Notes: a model not told the origin generated them from the sequence alone. A stretch of DNA of 64,000 nucleotides from an uncultured Bacteroidales bacterium (GCA_902780495.1 CACZFM010000011.1:65983-129982); one strand, 5' to 3'. Positions 36,449-45,756 are shown, numbered from the stretch's first letter. Numbers and translations: made by a program.

Positions 36449-37531
36449 CTATTTTTTCTCTTTTTGGCTTTGTAGGATGCTTTCGGGATAGTAATATCGC
36501 AGTATTTCGTCGTATGATTTGCCTTGGTCTGCCATCACGGCTGCACCTATTTGGCACAAACCTACGCCGTGTCCCCATCCATGCCCGCGAAGGACGAACG
36601 CACCATCACTCTCTTTCTCTATATCAAACCAACTCGAGTAGAGGCAACTATCGCTTAACTGACGGCGTATGACCAACTCTTTGCCGATAGTCTCGGTGTG
36701 AAGACTGCCTTCTATGCGAAGTTGGTAGATTCTGCCTGATGCACCGCGGCGGAGAGGAACCAGCTTCTTTATTTCGCCGTAATCGATGCCCGATTTGCGA
36801 AGAAGTATCTCGCGCAGGGTGGAGTTGCTGTAGCGAACCTCCCAGTCATGAAAATCGCTTGTCTCTTGGTCATAGCCGTTCAGTACTTGGCGCAATATAT
36901 GTTCGTCTTTGGTATTGCAGTATGGGCAGTCCACGGGTTGCAGATAGGGCACTTCCTTATCTTCCCAGCAAGTACTGAACCGTTCTGTTTTGCCTCCGCA
37001 GCATTTATGGAAACGGCAGTCGCATATTTCTTCTGTCCCGTTTTCGTTTTTCCACACCAGCACTTGTCCGCGTGTGGCTTGTACGGCTTCGGTGGCTCTT
37101 CGGTTGATACGCCGGATACCTTCGTAGCGTTGGCAGTGGTCATCCGCGCAAACATCAAATCCGATATGTCCGTTACTTTCGTATTGTAGCGGTTCTCGAG
37201 CGGTTCTCAAGCGGTGTCGGTTTGCTTCAATGGCACGTATCACCCAACTGCGGGAAATCACGGCATGGGCTTTCAGCAGTTCCATCGGACTGTCGGCATT
37301 CATCTCGCTGGAGATGACCGAGCAGAGGTAGTCTTCGATGTCAATGGTATTGACTGCTGTTTCTGTGCCATCGGCGTTTTTGCGTATCTCTAATCGCCCT
37401 GCAAACTCTTCCTCTTCTTCTCGGTCCCAGTGAAAACCGATGCCTATCCGCACGTTTTTCAGCACAAAGGTTGTTTCGCGCTGTTCATATTCAATGTGCG
37501 GTGCAGTCAGTATGCCTACGCGTACGTTCAT
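36449..37531 (-). CDS. SpoIID/LytB-domain protein
   Basis: AHAVISRSW, DVCADDHCQRYEG and HKCCGGKTE. Its ATG overlaps the upstream stop as ATGA at 37528-37531. Confidence 0.8.
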   Translation of the reverse strand: MNVRVGILTAPHIEYEQRETTFVLKNVRIGIGFHWDREEEEEFAGRLEIRKNADGTETAVNTIDIEDYLCSVISSEMNADSPMELLKAHAVISRSWVIRAIEANRHRLRTAREPLQYESNGHIGFDVCADDHCQRYEGIRRINRRATEAVQATRGQVLVWKNENGTEEICDCRFHKCCGGKTERFSTCWEDKEVPYLQPVDCPYCNTKDEHILRQVLNGYDQETSDFHDWEVRYSNSTLREILLRKSGIDYGEIKKLVPLRRGASGRIYQLRIEGSLHTETIGKELVIRRQLSDSCLYSSWFDIEKESDGAFVLRGHGWGHGVGLCQIGAAVMADQGKSYDEILRYYYPESILQSQKEKK

Positions 37532-38895
37532 GCTTGATTCTCTTTGTTCATGCGGATGCGCGCTTGTAGTTCCCACGTGCGTATGCGATCCTTGTATAGG
37601 TTGTTGCGGTTCATCGTTTCTATATCGCAGTTGGCATCGGAATTGTCTTCCCAGCGGCGGCAGTGATATAGTACGTTATAGATACGCCCTATCTGATATT
37701 CGCGGCTTACGCGCAATCCCACGGCGTAGTCTTCACCGTATTTGGTGGTCGGGAAGTTCAGTTGGCGAAGCAGACCGGTGTAGAATCCGCGTGGCGCACC
37801 CAGACCGTTGATACGGAGAGCGTTGTTGCGGCCGTTGTCGGGAGTCCATTCTTTGTGGTCAATCACACCGGGCGGCAGCATGTTTCCGTCAAAGTCGGTC
37901 AGACAGTAACTGCCTACCACCATTGCGCATTTCTGTTCGTGGAATGCGTCAATAAACTGTTGCACCGTCGTCTCATCGTGATAGGTATCATCTGAATCCA
38001 GTTGGATGGCAAAGCGGCCGCATTTCTCGTGGTGCAGGGCCATGTTCCAGTTGCCGCCGATGGCGTGCCAGGTCTTGTCTTGGGCGATATAGATGAGTTC
38101 GGGGGCTGTCTTGTCTTGGGCGCGAAGGGCTGTGTTTTCTGACACTAAACGTTGGATGGTTTCTTGGGTGCCATCGGTGGAGTTGTCGTCCACTACAATC
38201 ACATTATATATATAGGGTGCATTTACTTTCTGGCTCAATGCGCTACGGATGGCTGTTTCTATTGTCTTCACTCTGTTCTTGCAGGGGATTACCACGCTGG
38301 CTTCGGCTGTGAAATTGCCTTCTGTCATGTCCGGCTCTTTGAAACGCGGTGCCAGGTAGCCGCCGATGGCTTTCAGGTGTTCGGTTTCCACAGCTTCCAT
38401 TTCTATCTGTACCTCGCGGTTTTTCGGGTCCACGTAATCAAAGAGTTTTTCGCCCGATTTGCGGGTATCTTCTTCGATGTCATAGTACAGATATTCGTTG
38501 ATATGCTCCGGTTTTCCGATGCGGCTCAGGCGCAGACGAAGGTCGTAGAGGCCACCGTAGGTATAGGTTTTGTTCATCTCTTTGGCGGCTTGTTTCAGTG
38601 CATCGGTGCGTAACATCCATACGCTGCCAAAATCAAAGTCATCGCGCAATGCACCTTCCTGATAATCAATCACGGGGGCTTGAATCGTTTGGTCGCCTGT
38701 TTGTTGGAAGTGGTCGGAGTATGCCATTACGGCACCTGTGTCTTGCATGATTTGCAGCATACGTTCTTGGGCGAATGCCACCCATTGGATATGGGGTTTC
38801 AGATAAAGGAGTACGTACGGGTCTTTTGCCGCTTGGGCAATGTCTTGAATGGCTTGGGTGCTGCACAGCCGCCCTGCGAGATGGAATGCCTGCAT
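37528..38895 (-). CDS. family-2 glycosyltransferase with an N-terminal extension of about 190 aa
   Basis: VVIPCKNRVKTIETAIRSALSQ, VVDDNSTDGT and QLDSDD. Confidence 0.8.
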   Translation of the reverse strand: MQAFHLAGRLCSTQAIQDIAQAAKDPYVLLYLKPHIQWVAFAQERMLQIMQDTGAVMAYSDHFQQTGDQTIQAPVIDYQEGALRDDFDFGSVWMLRTDALKQAAKEMNKTYTYGGLYDLRLRLSRIGKPEHINEYLYYDIEEDTRKSGEKLFDYVDPKNREVQIEMEAVETEHLKAIGGYLAPRFKEPDMTEGNFTAEASVVIPCKNRVKTIETAIRSALSQKVNAPYIYNVIVVDDNSTDGTQETIQRLVSENTALRAQDKTAPELIYIAQDKTWHAIGGNWNMALHHEKCGRFAIQLDSDDTYHDETTVQQFIDAFHEQKCAMVVGSYCLTDFDGNMLPPGVIDHKEWTPDNGRNNALRINGLGAPRGFYTGLLRQLNFPTTKYGEDYAVGLRVSREYQIGRIYNVLYHCRRWEDNSDANCDIETMNRNNLYKDRIRTWELQARIRMNKENQA

Positions 38896-38917
38896 AGATG
38901 TATCTGTTTAAAACGCT

Positions 38918-38950
38918 GCAAAAGTACTGCTTTTTTTTGATATGTGCAAA
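38918..38950 (-). promoter_or_regulatory. Bacteroidetes-type promoter (TTTG, 20 nt, TActTTTG) for the GT2-SpoIID pair
   Basis: Minus strand reads tttgcacatatcaaaaaaaagcagtacttttg. It is divergent from the rlmH promoter. Confidence 0.65.
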
Positions 38951-38977
38951 CATATTTGTGCTTTTTTGTCGGAATCC

Positions 38978-39008
38978 TTGCCTATATGAGAAAAAAGCAC
39001 TACCTTTG
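38978..39008 (+). promoter_or_regulatory. Bacteroidetes-type promoter (TTG, 20 nt, TAccTTTG) for rlmH
   Basis: ttgcctatatgagaaaaaagcactacctttg. The ATG lies only 4 nt downstream of the box, so the mRNA would have a very short leader or none. Confidence 0.55.
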
Positions 39009-39012
39009 CACC

Positions 39013-39483
39013 ATGAAAATGACACTTCTTCTGGTGGGAAAAACCACCGACAACGGTTTGGAACGGATGATTCAGGATTATGTGGAGCGCTTGAAACACT
39101 ATAATCCGTTGGAAATCTGTGTCTTGCCCGAACTGCGTAACGCCAAGAGCTTATCCGAAGCCCAACAGAAACAACTGGAAGGCGACATGATTCTTCAGAA
39201 AGTCTCTTCCCAAACCGACCTTGTTCTTCTTGATGAACATGGACTGGAGATGCGGAGCATGGAGTTTGCCGCGTATATGCAGAAAAAAATGTCCGCCGGT
39301 CGTGAACTGACGTTCGTAATCGGCGGGCCTTACGGTTTCTCGGAGGCTGTTTATCAGCGGGCGAATGGCAAAATCAGCCTTAGCAGGATGACTTTCAGCC
39401 ACCAGATGATTCGTCTCTTATTTACAGAACAGCTTTATCGGGCATTCACAATTCTCAGGGGCGAAAAATATCATCACGAGTAA
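39013..39483 (+). CDS. rlmH: 23S rRNA (pseudouridine1915-N3)-methyltransferase
   Basis: 156 aa from the ATG at 39013. LLDEHG, FVIGGPYGFS and the MTFSHQMIRLLFTEQLYRAFTI SPOUT knot region. Confidence 0.88.
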   Translation: MKMTLLLVGKTTDNGLERMIQDYVERLKHYNPLEICVLPELRNAKSLSEAQQKQLEGDMILQKVSSQTDLVLLDEHGLEMRSMEFAAYMQKKMSAGRELTFVIGGPYGFSEAVYQRANGKISLSRMTFSHQMIRLLFTEQLYRAFTILRGEKYHHE

Positions 39484-41082
39484 AGCGATGGCTACGGCTG
39501 CGGCTATCGAACCCAGCACGATACCCCATATCGCACCTTTGCTCAGTTTCTTCTTGATTTTCAGCAACGGATATTGTGCTTGCTCGGTCAGGGTGGTGCC
39601 AAACAGAACGCTAATCAGTGCATCGGCGTTGATGGCCCATCCGTTGGCATTAAGCACGGGCGCAAGGTTGCGGCGGCGCAGTTTGAGCCAGGCCATTATC
39701 ATGCTCGGACCGCTGATGAGCAGCAGTATGCCGATGAACACCAGAATTTGTTGCCACCATGTGAGGGTGATCCAACCCTTTGCCACGCTCACAAGCATCG
39801 TACCTATCATGCCTAATGCCATGCCGATGGCAGCGAATATGCCGGCGAACTTGGCGATGTCGAAGGCTGGCTTCGGGTTTTCTTCTTTGTTCTCTGTTTT
39901 GGCGGGAATGTCCATCTTTGTCGTCACGTCGTTCATCACTGCGGCATCTTTCTCTGCGGCGGATTTGTTGATTTTCTCTTCCACCCAGTTCGCCAGTTTG
40001 CGATAGGGGGTCCAGAAGGCCTGACGGATAGAGATGGGGTTGTCGATAATCTTTGTCACGGTGGCATCGTAGTCATTGCCGTCGTTGTCATAGAACACAG
40101 CGTTTTTGCCCACGTTCAGGTTCTTTATTTCGCCTTGTGTCATGGCGGCGACAATCTGCATTTTCTTGCCCAGTTTCTTGCTTTCGCAATCGCAGTACAG
40201 TAGGTAAATCCCGCTGAGCGGTGCCTGCACGTCATGTTTGGGCAGGTCGTTCACGCGGATGCACAGGCGGCACGCGCGCTGGTCTATAATCAGTGTTCCG
40301 GCCTGGAACGAAGCGATGGTATTGCGGTCGTTGTCATAGAAATCCTCAAAGCTCACGAAGTTGCGCAGCAGGCGGTAGAAATCGCGGTGGAGCAGCAGCA
40401 GCTTGCGCAGTGGCAGATACTCGGCTTGGGCGGCTTTCAGTGCTTCCGCATTGGCATTTTCTGCTGCGGCTTTGGCGGCTTCCCATTCGCTTATTTGAGC
40501 GCCCATCTCGATGAATTTCTTCTCGGTCATACCGGGTTTTACAGCATCTTCGGCGATAACGGCCAGACCTAATTTCTGCAGTTTCTCTTGTTCGAAGTAT
40601 GCGGCGTATTCGGCACTCTTTTCTTTGTAGGCAGCCATGACGTCAGTCTCTATCGGGGCGGCGGGAATGGCTTGTTCTTCGATGGTGATGGCGGCCAGCG
40701 CGGCTTCCACATCGGCCAGAGTTACGATGTCTTTGCCTCCTGCCACTTTCTTTGCCACGGCGGCAATGGCTTCGTCGTTGATGTTGGCAATGGCTGTCTC
40801 GTCTTTTTGTGCTAACAGCGTGTCGGGGCTTTTCAGTGTGGCACAGAGCCATTCGGCGGTAGCCACCACTTCTTTTATGCGCAACTTGCCATCGCCGTCA
40901 AGGTCCATCAATGACAGCGAGTCGGAACTTATTTCCAGTCCTGTTACGGGGCAGGAGAGGACGGTCCACATTTTCTGGTCCAGTTCATTCAGATGGCGGA
41001 TATCTTCGCCTGACTGGATGCGGACGCGGGTGTTGCCACCTATCGTGGCGAAACTAAACGGATAGTTCATGGTATATAGCAT
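39418..41082 (-). CDS. hypothetical membrane protein with an EF-hand-like loop
   Basis: 554 aa. DLDGDGKLRIKE loop, an Ala/Glu-rich coiled segment, and three or four C-terminal TM segments. I could not place it in a family. Confidence 0.6.
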   Translation of the reverse strand: MLYTMNYPFSFATIGGNTRVRIQSGEDIRHLNELDQKMWTVLSCPVTGLEISSDSLSLMDLDGDGKLRIKEVVATAEWLCATLKSPDTLLAQKDETAIANINDEAIAAVAKKVAGGKDIVTLADVEAALAAITIEEQAIPAAPIETDVMAAYKEKSAEYAAYFEQEKLQKLGLAVIAEDAVKPGMTEKKFIEMGAQISEWEAAKAAAENANAEALKAAQAEYLPLRKLLLLHRDFYRLLRNFVSFEDFYDNDRNTIASFQAGTLIIDQRACRLCIRVNDLPKHDVQAPLSGIYLLYCDCESKKLGKKMQIVAAMTQGEIKNLNVGKNAVFYDNDGNDYDATVTKIIDNPISIRQAFWTPYRKLANWVEEKINKSAAEKDAAVMNDVTTKMDIPAKTENKEENPKPAFDIAKFAGIFAAIGMALGMIGTMLVSVAKGWITLTWWQQILVFIGILLLISGPSMIMAWLKLRRRNLAPVLNANGWAINADALISVLFGTTLTEQAQYPLLKIKKKLSKGAIWGIVLGSIAAAVAIALLVMIFFAPENCECPIKLFCK

Positions 41083-41106
41083 TTATGTGTTTTCAAAATC
41101 AGCGTG

Positions 41107-41138
41107 CAAAATTACTACAAAAATTGCACATACGCAAA
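41107..41138 (-). promoter_or_regulatory. Bacteroidetes-type promoter (TTTG, 20 nt, TAatTTTG) for the EF-hand membrane protein gene
   Basis: Minus strand reads tttgcgtatgtgcaatttttgtagtaattttg, one mismatch from 10006-10037. Confidence 0.65.
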
Positions 41139-41429
41139 TATTTTGGCGTTTTTTTTGTTCAATCGGATGTTTCCGAGTTTTTTAGACTGTCTATCGTTGG
41201 CTATGCTCGCATAAGCAGGCGATAGGCAGTGTAAAAAAGTGGTGCTTCGCACGGACAAAAAAATCGCCAAAATATTCCTGTGTATGCCCGGCAGGACGCG
41301 AACGTATGTTCGGGGGAATTTCATTGCTGCGTGGATTGTTGTTGGGGCTGTAGCAATGAAAGGCGGCGTCCGAAAGTACACTATATTTGGAATACGCAAA
41401 TCTTTTTCAGATTTTTTGTCCTTTCTCCC

Positions 41430-42662
41430 TCACTTTACCCTCTTGCACACGAACAATGCGGGTTTGGCGCCTTGCCCTTTGCCTGTGCCTTGCATCGTTG
41501 TGGCGCCGAGCAGATAGGTCGTCCCGCCGTCTTTGGCGTGAAGGCGTTTCTTCAGCGCATCGGCGGACATGCCGTAGTTACGGCAGATGATGTTGGCTTG
41601 TATGCCTTGCAGTTCGCGCATATTCGCATAAGCTTGTTCCACGCGGAAGATACGTCCGGGGAACGCATTTCCCATCGTTGCCGAATGGTAAATATGGGTG
41701 TTGGTCGCCAGTTTGGCTACGCCGTATCGCTTGCACAGCACGCGGAACGCACCGGCTTTCAGCAGGGCGGCATGGGGCTCATATAGATAATCGCCTTCAT
41801 CAATCGTTGCCATGCAGAGATTTTCTTGGGCTTCGGCCTCTTCTTCGCCTGTAAAAGTGAACAGCAGGTCTTGTGTCGGGTCAGCGGCTGTTATCTGTGC
41901 TGCCGTTTGGTTTTTGTCGTGTAGCAGAAGCACCTCTTTCACTTCGCCCGATGCGGCAACGATATGGGTCTGCCATGTCCCGCCAAGAGTACGGATGGCG
42001 GCAGTCAGATCCAGCATGGGGGATAGTTTCAGCAGCACGCAGTCGCTCTTGGCCAGCAGGGTAGGCAGCAGGGCGGTCACATCGGGTTGGCAGTCTTCTA
42101 TCCGAACCACTTTGCCGCCTGTTTCCGAACGGCGTGCCGGGTCAAGGTAAATCAGCCGCTTGCCGTTTGTTGTGGGGGCGAAGGTGAATTGTTGAAGGAA
42201 CTTCTCCGCATCTTCGCACAATACATCACAATGTGCGTAATTTCCGGTCAGCCGCAGGTTATATCGCACGATGGCTGCCAGATTATTATCACGCTCTGCA
42301 TATACGGCTTTCTGCAGACCGCGGGACATATAAAGGAAATCAATCCCGAAACCGCCTGTCAGGTCCAGCAGTTGGCATACGCCCAATGCTTGTATGAGGC
42401 GGGCTTTGTATTGGGCGGTTACCTCGCTGCTGCACTGTTCCATGTTGATGCGTGGCGGAAAGATGATACCTTGTATGCTTGTCAGTTCCGGCAGTTTGCG
42501 TTGCATCCGCCTGCGCCCGTCCACTTGTTGCACCAGCATGTTCCAGGCCTCATCGTCCAGGTCTGGGTAGCGTTTGCGTTGGAATGCCAGTTCGTCTGCC
42601 GACATTTCCCGTGCCGCCTCGGCCGCCAATGCACTGATATGTGGATAATTGCTTGCGTCCAT
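41430..42662 (-). CDS. class I SAM-dependent methyltransferase (THUMP-like C-terminal region)
   Basis: Motif I LLDLTGGFGIDF. Start set to the ATG at 42662, downstream of the promoter box. Confidence 0.7.
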   Translation of the reverse strand: MDASNYPHISALAAEAAREMSADELAFQRKRYPDLDDEAWNMLVQQVDGRRRMQRKLPELTSIQGIIFPPRINMEQCSSEVTAQYKARLIQALGVCQLLDLTGGFGIDFLYMSRGLQKAVYAERDNNLAAIVRYNLRLTGNYAHCDVLCEDAEKFLQQFTFAPTTNGKRLIYLDPARRSETGGKVVRIEDCQPDVTALLPTLLAKSDCVLLKLSPMLDLTAAIRTLGGTWQTHIVAASGEVKEVLLLHDKNQTAAQITAADPTQDLLFTFTGEEEAEAQENLCMATIDEGDYLYEPHAALLKAGAFRVLCKRYGVAKLATNTHIYHSATMGNAFPGRIFRVEQAYANMRELQGIQANIICRNYGMSADALKKRLHAKDGGTTYLLGATTMQGTGKGQGAKPALFVCKRVK

Positions 42663-42703
42663 GCCTTTTCTCTCGCCTTGCCTTTTATGTTTTAATTTTG
42701 GTG

Positions 42704-42734
42704 CAAAGGTAATACTTTTTTTTGAATTGTGCAA
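42704..42734 (-). promoter_or_regulatory. Bacteroidetes-type promoter (TTG, 20 nt, TAccTTTG)
   Basis: A 32-bp stretch is identical to the promoter at 8603-8634. Confidence 0.65.
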
Positions 42735-42819
42735 GAAAATTGTCAAATAATCGTTCCGTAGGATAAGAAAAATCAAAGATTTTAGTTGAAAGTTTACTAT
42801 TTATAAACCGCGCTCTGTG

Positions 42820-42894
42820 CAATAAACAGCGAAGCGCTCCCTATGACTATTAGGTTATTATTGCGTTATTATTGGGTTATTATTAGGTTATTAA
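42820..42894. repeat. modular intergenic repeat, copy D (M1 42820-42837) plus four 11-bp tandem units (42851-42894)
   Basis: caataaacagcgaagcgc, then taggttattat tgcgttattat tgggttattat taggttattaa. Confidence 0.75.
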
Positions 42895-43079
42895 GCCAAC
42901 GAAAAGCAGACGTCACCATGATTTCTTCTCATGTATGCGCGCGCGGTAGGGTATAAAAAAGGAGAATAAAAGCCCTAAAAAGCAATTGCAGACCATATAA
43001 GGCATACTTCGAATATCCACCGACATTCATATTAAATGGAATAAAAATGCAGGAAAAACGAAAAAAATAGCCAAAACGC

Positions 43080-43110
43080 TTGCACACCTCATTTTTTTTT
43101 TGTACTTTTG
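43080..43110 (+). promoter_or_regulatory. Bacteroidetes-type promoter (TTG, 20 nt, TActTTTG) for gyrA
   Basis: ttgcacacctcattttttttttgtacttttg. Confidence 0.6.
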
Positions 43111-43164
43111 CAGCGAATTTCGAAACAAACCATAACGAAATAGATAATTAAAGAATATAACAAC

Positions 43165-45756
43165 ATGATTGAAGACAGAATTATTCCTGTAAAGATTGAC
43201 GAGGAAATGCGAACCTCGTACATCGACTACTCGATGAGTGTCATCGTGTCGCGTGCCCTTCCTGATGCTCGCGACGGCTTTAAGCCCGTGCAGCGCCGTG
43301 TGCTGTTCGGAATGAACGAACTGGGTAACACCAGCGACAAACCCACCAAGAAAGCGGCACGTATCGTCGGTGAGGTAATGGGTAAGTACCACCCGCATGG
43401 TGATAGCAGTATCTACGGAACCTTAGTGCGCCTCGCACAGCCCTGGAACATGCGCTATTGCTTGGTGGACGGACAAGGTAACTTCGGTTCGGTGGACGGC
43501 GATGGAGCTGCTGCAATGCGTTACACCGAAGCCCGACTCTCCAAGCTGGCGGAAGAAATGCTCCGCGACATCGAAAAAGACACCGTGGATATGCAGCTTA
43601 ACTTCGACGACACCTTGCGTGAACCCGTCGTGCTGCCTTGCCGTTTCCCCAACCTCTTGGTCAATGGTGCCACAGGTATCGCCGTCGGTATGGCTACCAA
43701 CATGGCAACCCACAATCTGGGAGAAGTCATTGACGGATGCGTAGCTTACGTAAAGCGTCAGATTGCCATCGACGAAGCTAAAAAGAATGGTACGGAAGTG
43801 CCGGAAGAAATATCCGTGGAGGAACTGATGGAGTATATCAAGGCTCCCGATTTCCCGACAGGTGGTACCATCTATGGCTATCAGGGCGTTCGCGACGCTT
43901 TCGAAACAGGGCGTGGTCGTATCGTTATCCGCAGTAATGCCGATATTGAGACAGAAGACAATGGACGCGAACGTATTATTATCACAGAACTGCCGTACGG
44001 CGTGGTGAAGAGCGACCTGGTGAAGAATATTGCCGAACTTGTGAGCGACAAGAAGATAGAAGGAATCTCCGACATCAGCGACCAGTCTAAGCGCGATATC
44101 CGTATCGTGGTGGATGTTAAGCGTGACGCGAACGCACAGGTTGTGCTCAATAAACTATACAAATACACTGCGTTGCAATCGAGTTTCTCGGTGAACAACA
44201 TCGCTTTGGTGAAAGGCCGTCCGATGCTCCTGAATTTGAAAGACTTGGTCGGTAACTTCATTGACCATCGCATGGAGGTGGTTACACGCCGCACGCGTTG
44301 GGAGCTGAAAAAAGCCCAGGAGCGCGCACATATATTGGAAGGCTTGATTATCGCGGTGGATAATATTGACGAGGTGGTACGCATCATTCGTGCCAGCCGT
44401 ACCCCGCAGGATGCACAAACCAACTTGGAAAAACGCTTCGACTTGGATAATCTCCAGTCTAAAGCCATCGTGGATATGCGCTTGAGCCAACTCACAGGCT
44501 TGCGTATCGACGAGTTGAAGAACGAATATGCTGAATTGGAGAAACTCATTGCCCATCTGAACGAACTCCTCTCCAATGAAATCATGCGTTATGAGGTAAT
44601 CTCTGACGAACTGGCGGAAATCAAAGAAAAATATGCTGACGAACGCCGCACCAAGATTGTCAAGATGGCCACCGAGTTTAATCCCGAAGATATGTATGCC
44701 GATGACGATATGGTTATCACTATCTCGCATTTGGGATACATCAAGCGCACGCCGCTGGCTGAATTCCGTCAGCAGGGACGTGGCGGCATAGGAACAAAGG
44801 CAAGTGCAAGCCGCGATCAGGACTTCATTGAGTATGTCCATCAGGCATCCATGCACTCCACAATGATGTTCTTCACCGAAAAGGGACGTCTCTATTGGCA
44901 GAAAGTGTACGAACTGCCCGAAGGCAACCGCCAGTCCAAAGGACGAGCTATACAGAACATTATCAATCTGGAGAAGGGAGATAAAGTATGCACCTTTATC
45001 AATGTCAAAGGACTGAACGATGCCGAATATGTCAATTCACACTACCTCATCTTTGCCACCAAGAACGGCTTGATGAAGAAAACAACGCTGGAATCCTACA
45101 GTCGTCCGCGTGCGAATGGTATCAATGCCGTTGGTTTGCGCGAAGGAGATGCCCTCATTGGCGTTACCCTCACCGACGGACAGAGCCAGATGCTCATTGC
45201 CTCGTACAATGGTAAGGTAGTCCGTTTCCCGGAGAACACAGTCCGTGCTATGGGCCGTACCGCTACCGGTGTGAAGGCTATCACGCTCGACGAAGACGGG
45301 CAGGATAGAGCTGTTGGCATGATTTGTGTAGAAGATAATAGTGAAAAGACAGTCCTCGTCATTTCGGAGAACGGCTTTGGTAAGCGCACACGCCTGGATG
45401 ATGAAGAAGGTGAACCGGTTTATCGTATCACTAACCGTGGCGGTAAGGGCGTAAAAACCATGCAGCTGACCGAGAAAACGGGTATGCTTATCGGACTACA
45501 TGCGGTGGGTGACGATGATGACCTGATGCTTATTACCAAGTCCGGAACAGCCATCCGTATGGCAATGGACTCCATTCGTGTAATGGGACGCGCAACGCAG
45601 GGGGTCAAACTCATCGAACTGCAGAAACGCAACGATACACTCATGTTCGGTTGCATCGTACCGAAAGAAGAAGCCGAAGAAACGGCTGAAACAACGGAAG
45701 GTGCCGCTGAAGCAACGGAAAACGAAACAAACGAAAACAATAACGAAACCAACTAA
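43165..45756 (+). CDS. gyrA: DNA gyrase subunit A
   Basis: AARIVGEVMGKYHPHGDSSIY (QRDR region), AAMRYTEARL with the active-site Tyr, beta-pinwheel repeats, and an acidic C-terminal tail. Confidence 0.97.
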   Translation: MIEDRIIPVKIDEEMRTSYIDYSMSVIVSRALPDARDGFKPVQRRVLFGMNELGNTSDKPTKKAARIVGEVMGKYHPHGDSSIYGTLVRLAQPWNMRYCLVDGQGNFGSVDGDGAAAMRYTEARLSKLAEEMLRDIEKDTVDMQLNFDDTLREPVVLPCRFPNLLVNGATGIAVGMATNMATHNLGEVIDGCVAYVKRQIAIDEAKKNGTEVPEEISVEELMEYIKAPDFPTGGTIYGYQGVRDAFETGRGRIVIRSNADIETEDNGRERIIITELPYGVVKSDLVKNIAELVSDKKIEGISDISDQSKRDIRIVVDVKRDANAQVVLNKLYKYTALQSSFSVNNIALVKGRPMLLNLKDLVGNFIDHRMEVVTRRTRWELKKAQERAHILEGLIIAVDNIDEVVRIIRASRTPQDAQTNLEKRFDLDNLQSKAIVDMRLSQLTGLRIDELKNEYAELEKLIAHLNELLSNEIMRYEVISDELAEIKEKYADERRTKIVKMATEFNPEDMYADDDMVITISHLGYIKRTPLAEFRQQGRGGIGTKASASRDQDFIEYVHQASMHSTMMFFTEKGRLYWQKVYELPEGNRQSKGRAIQNIINLEKGDKVCTFINVKGLNDAEYVNSHYLIFATKNGLMKKTTLESYSRPRANGINAVGLREGDALIGVTLTDGQSQMLIASYNGKVVRFPENTVRAMGRTATGVKAITLDEDGQDRAVGMICVEDNSEKTVLVISENGFGKRTRLDDEEGEPVYRITNRGGKGVKTMQLTEKTGMLIGLHAVGDDDDLMLITKSGTAIRMAMDSIRVMGRATQGVKLIELQKRNDTLMFGCIVPKEEAEETAETTEGAAEATENETNENNNETN

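Noticed and set aside
38666-39025. 119-aa ORF containing ...HIKKKQYFCS...; similar ORFs lie at 36345-36578, 38908-39099 and 54010-54246.
   Set aside because: These peptides are read-throughs of the A-rich spacer and TAnnTTTG promoter boxes. They overlap well-supported genes or a tRNA.
41115-41786. ORFs of 94, 92 and 168 aa in the 41.1-41.8 kb region.
   Set aside because: They overlap the methyltransferase gene in antisense or lie in the structured intergenic region. They have no motifs and a biased composition.
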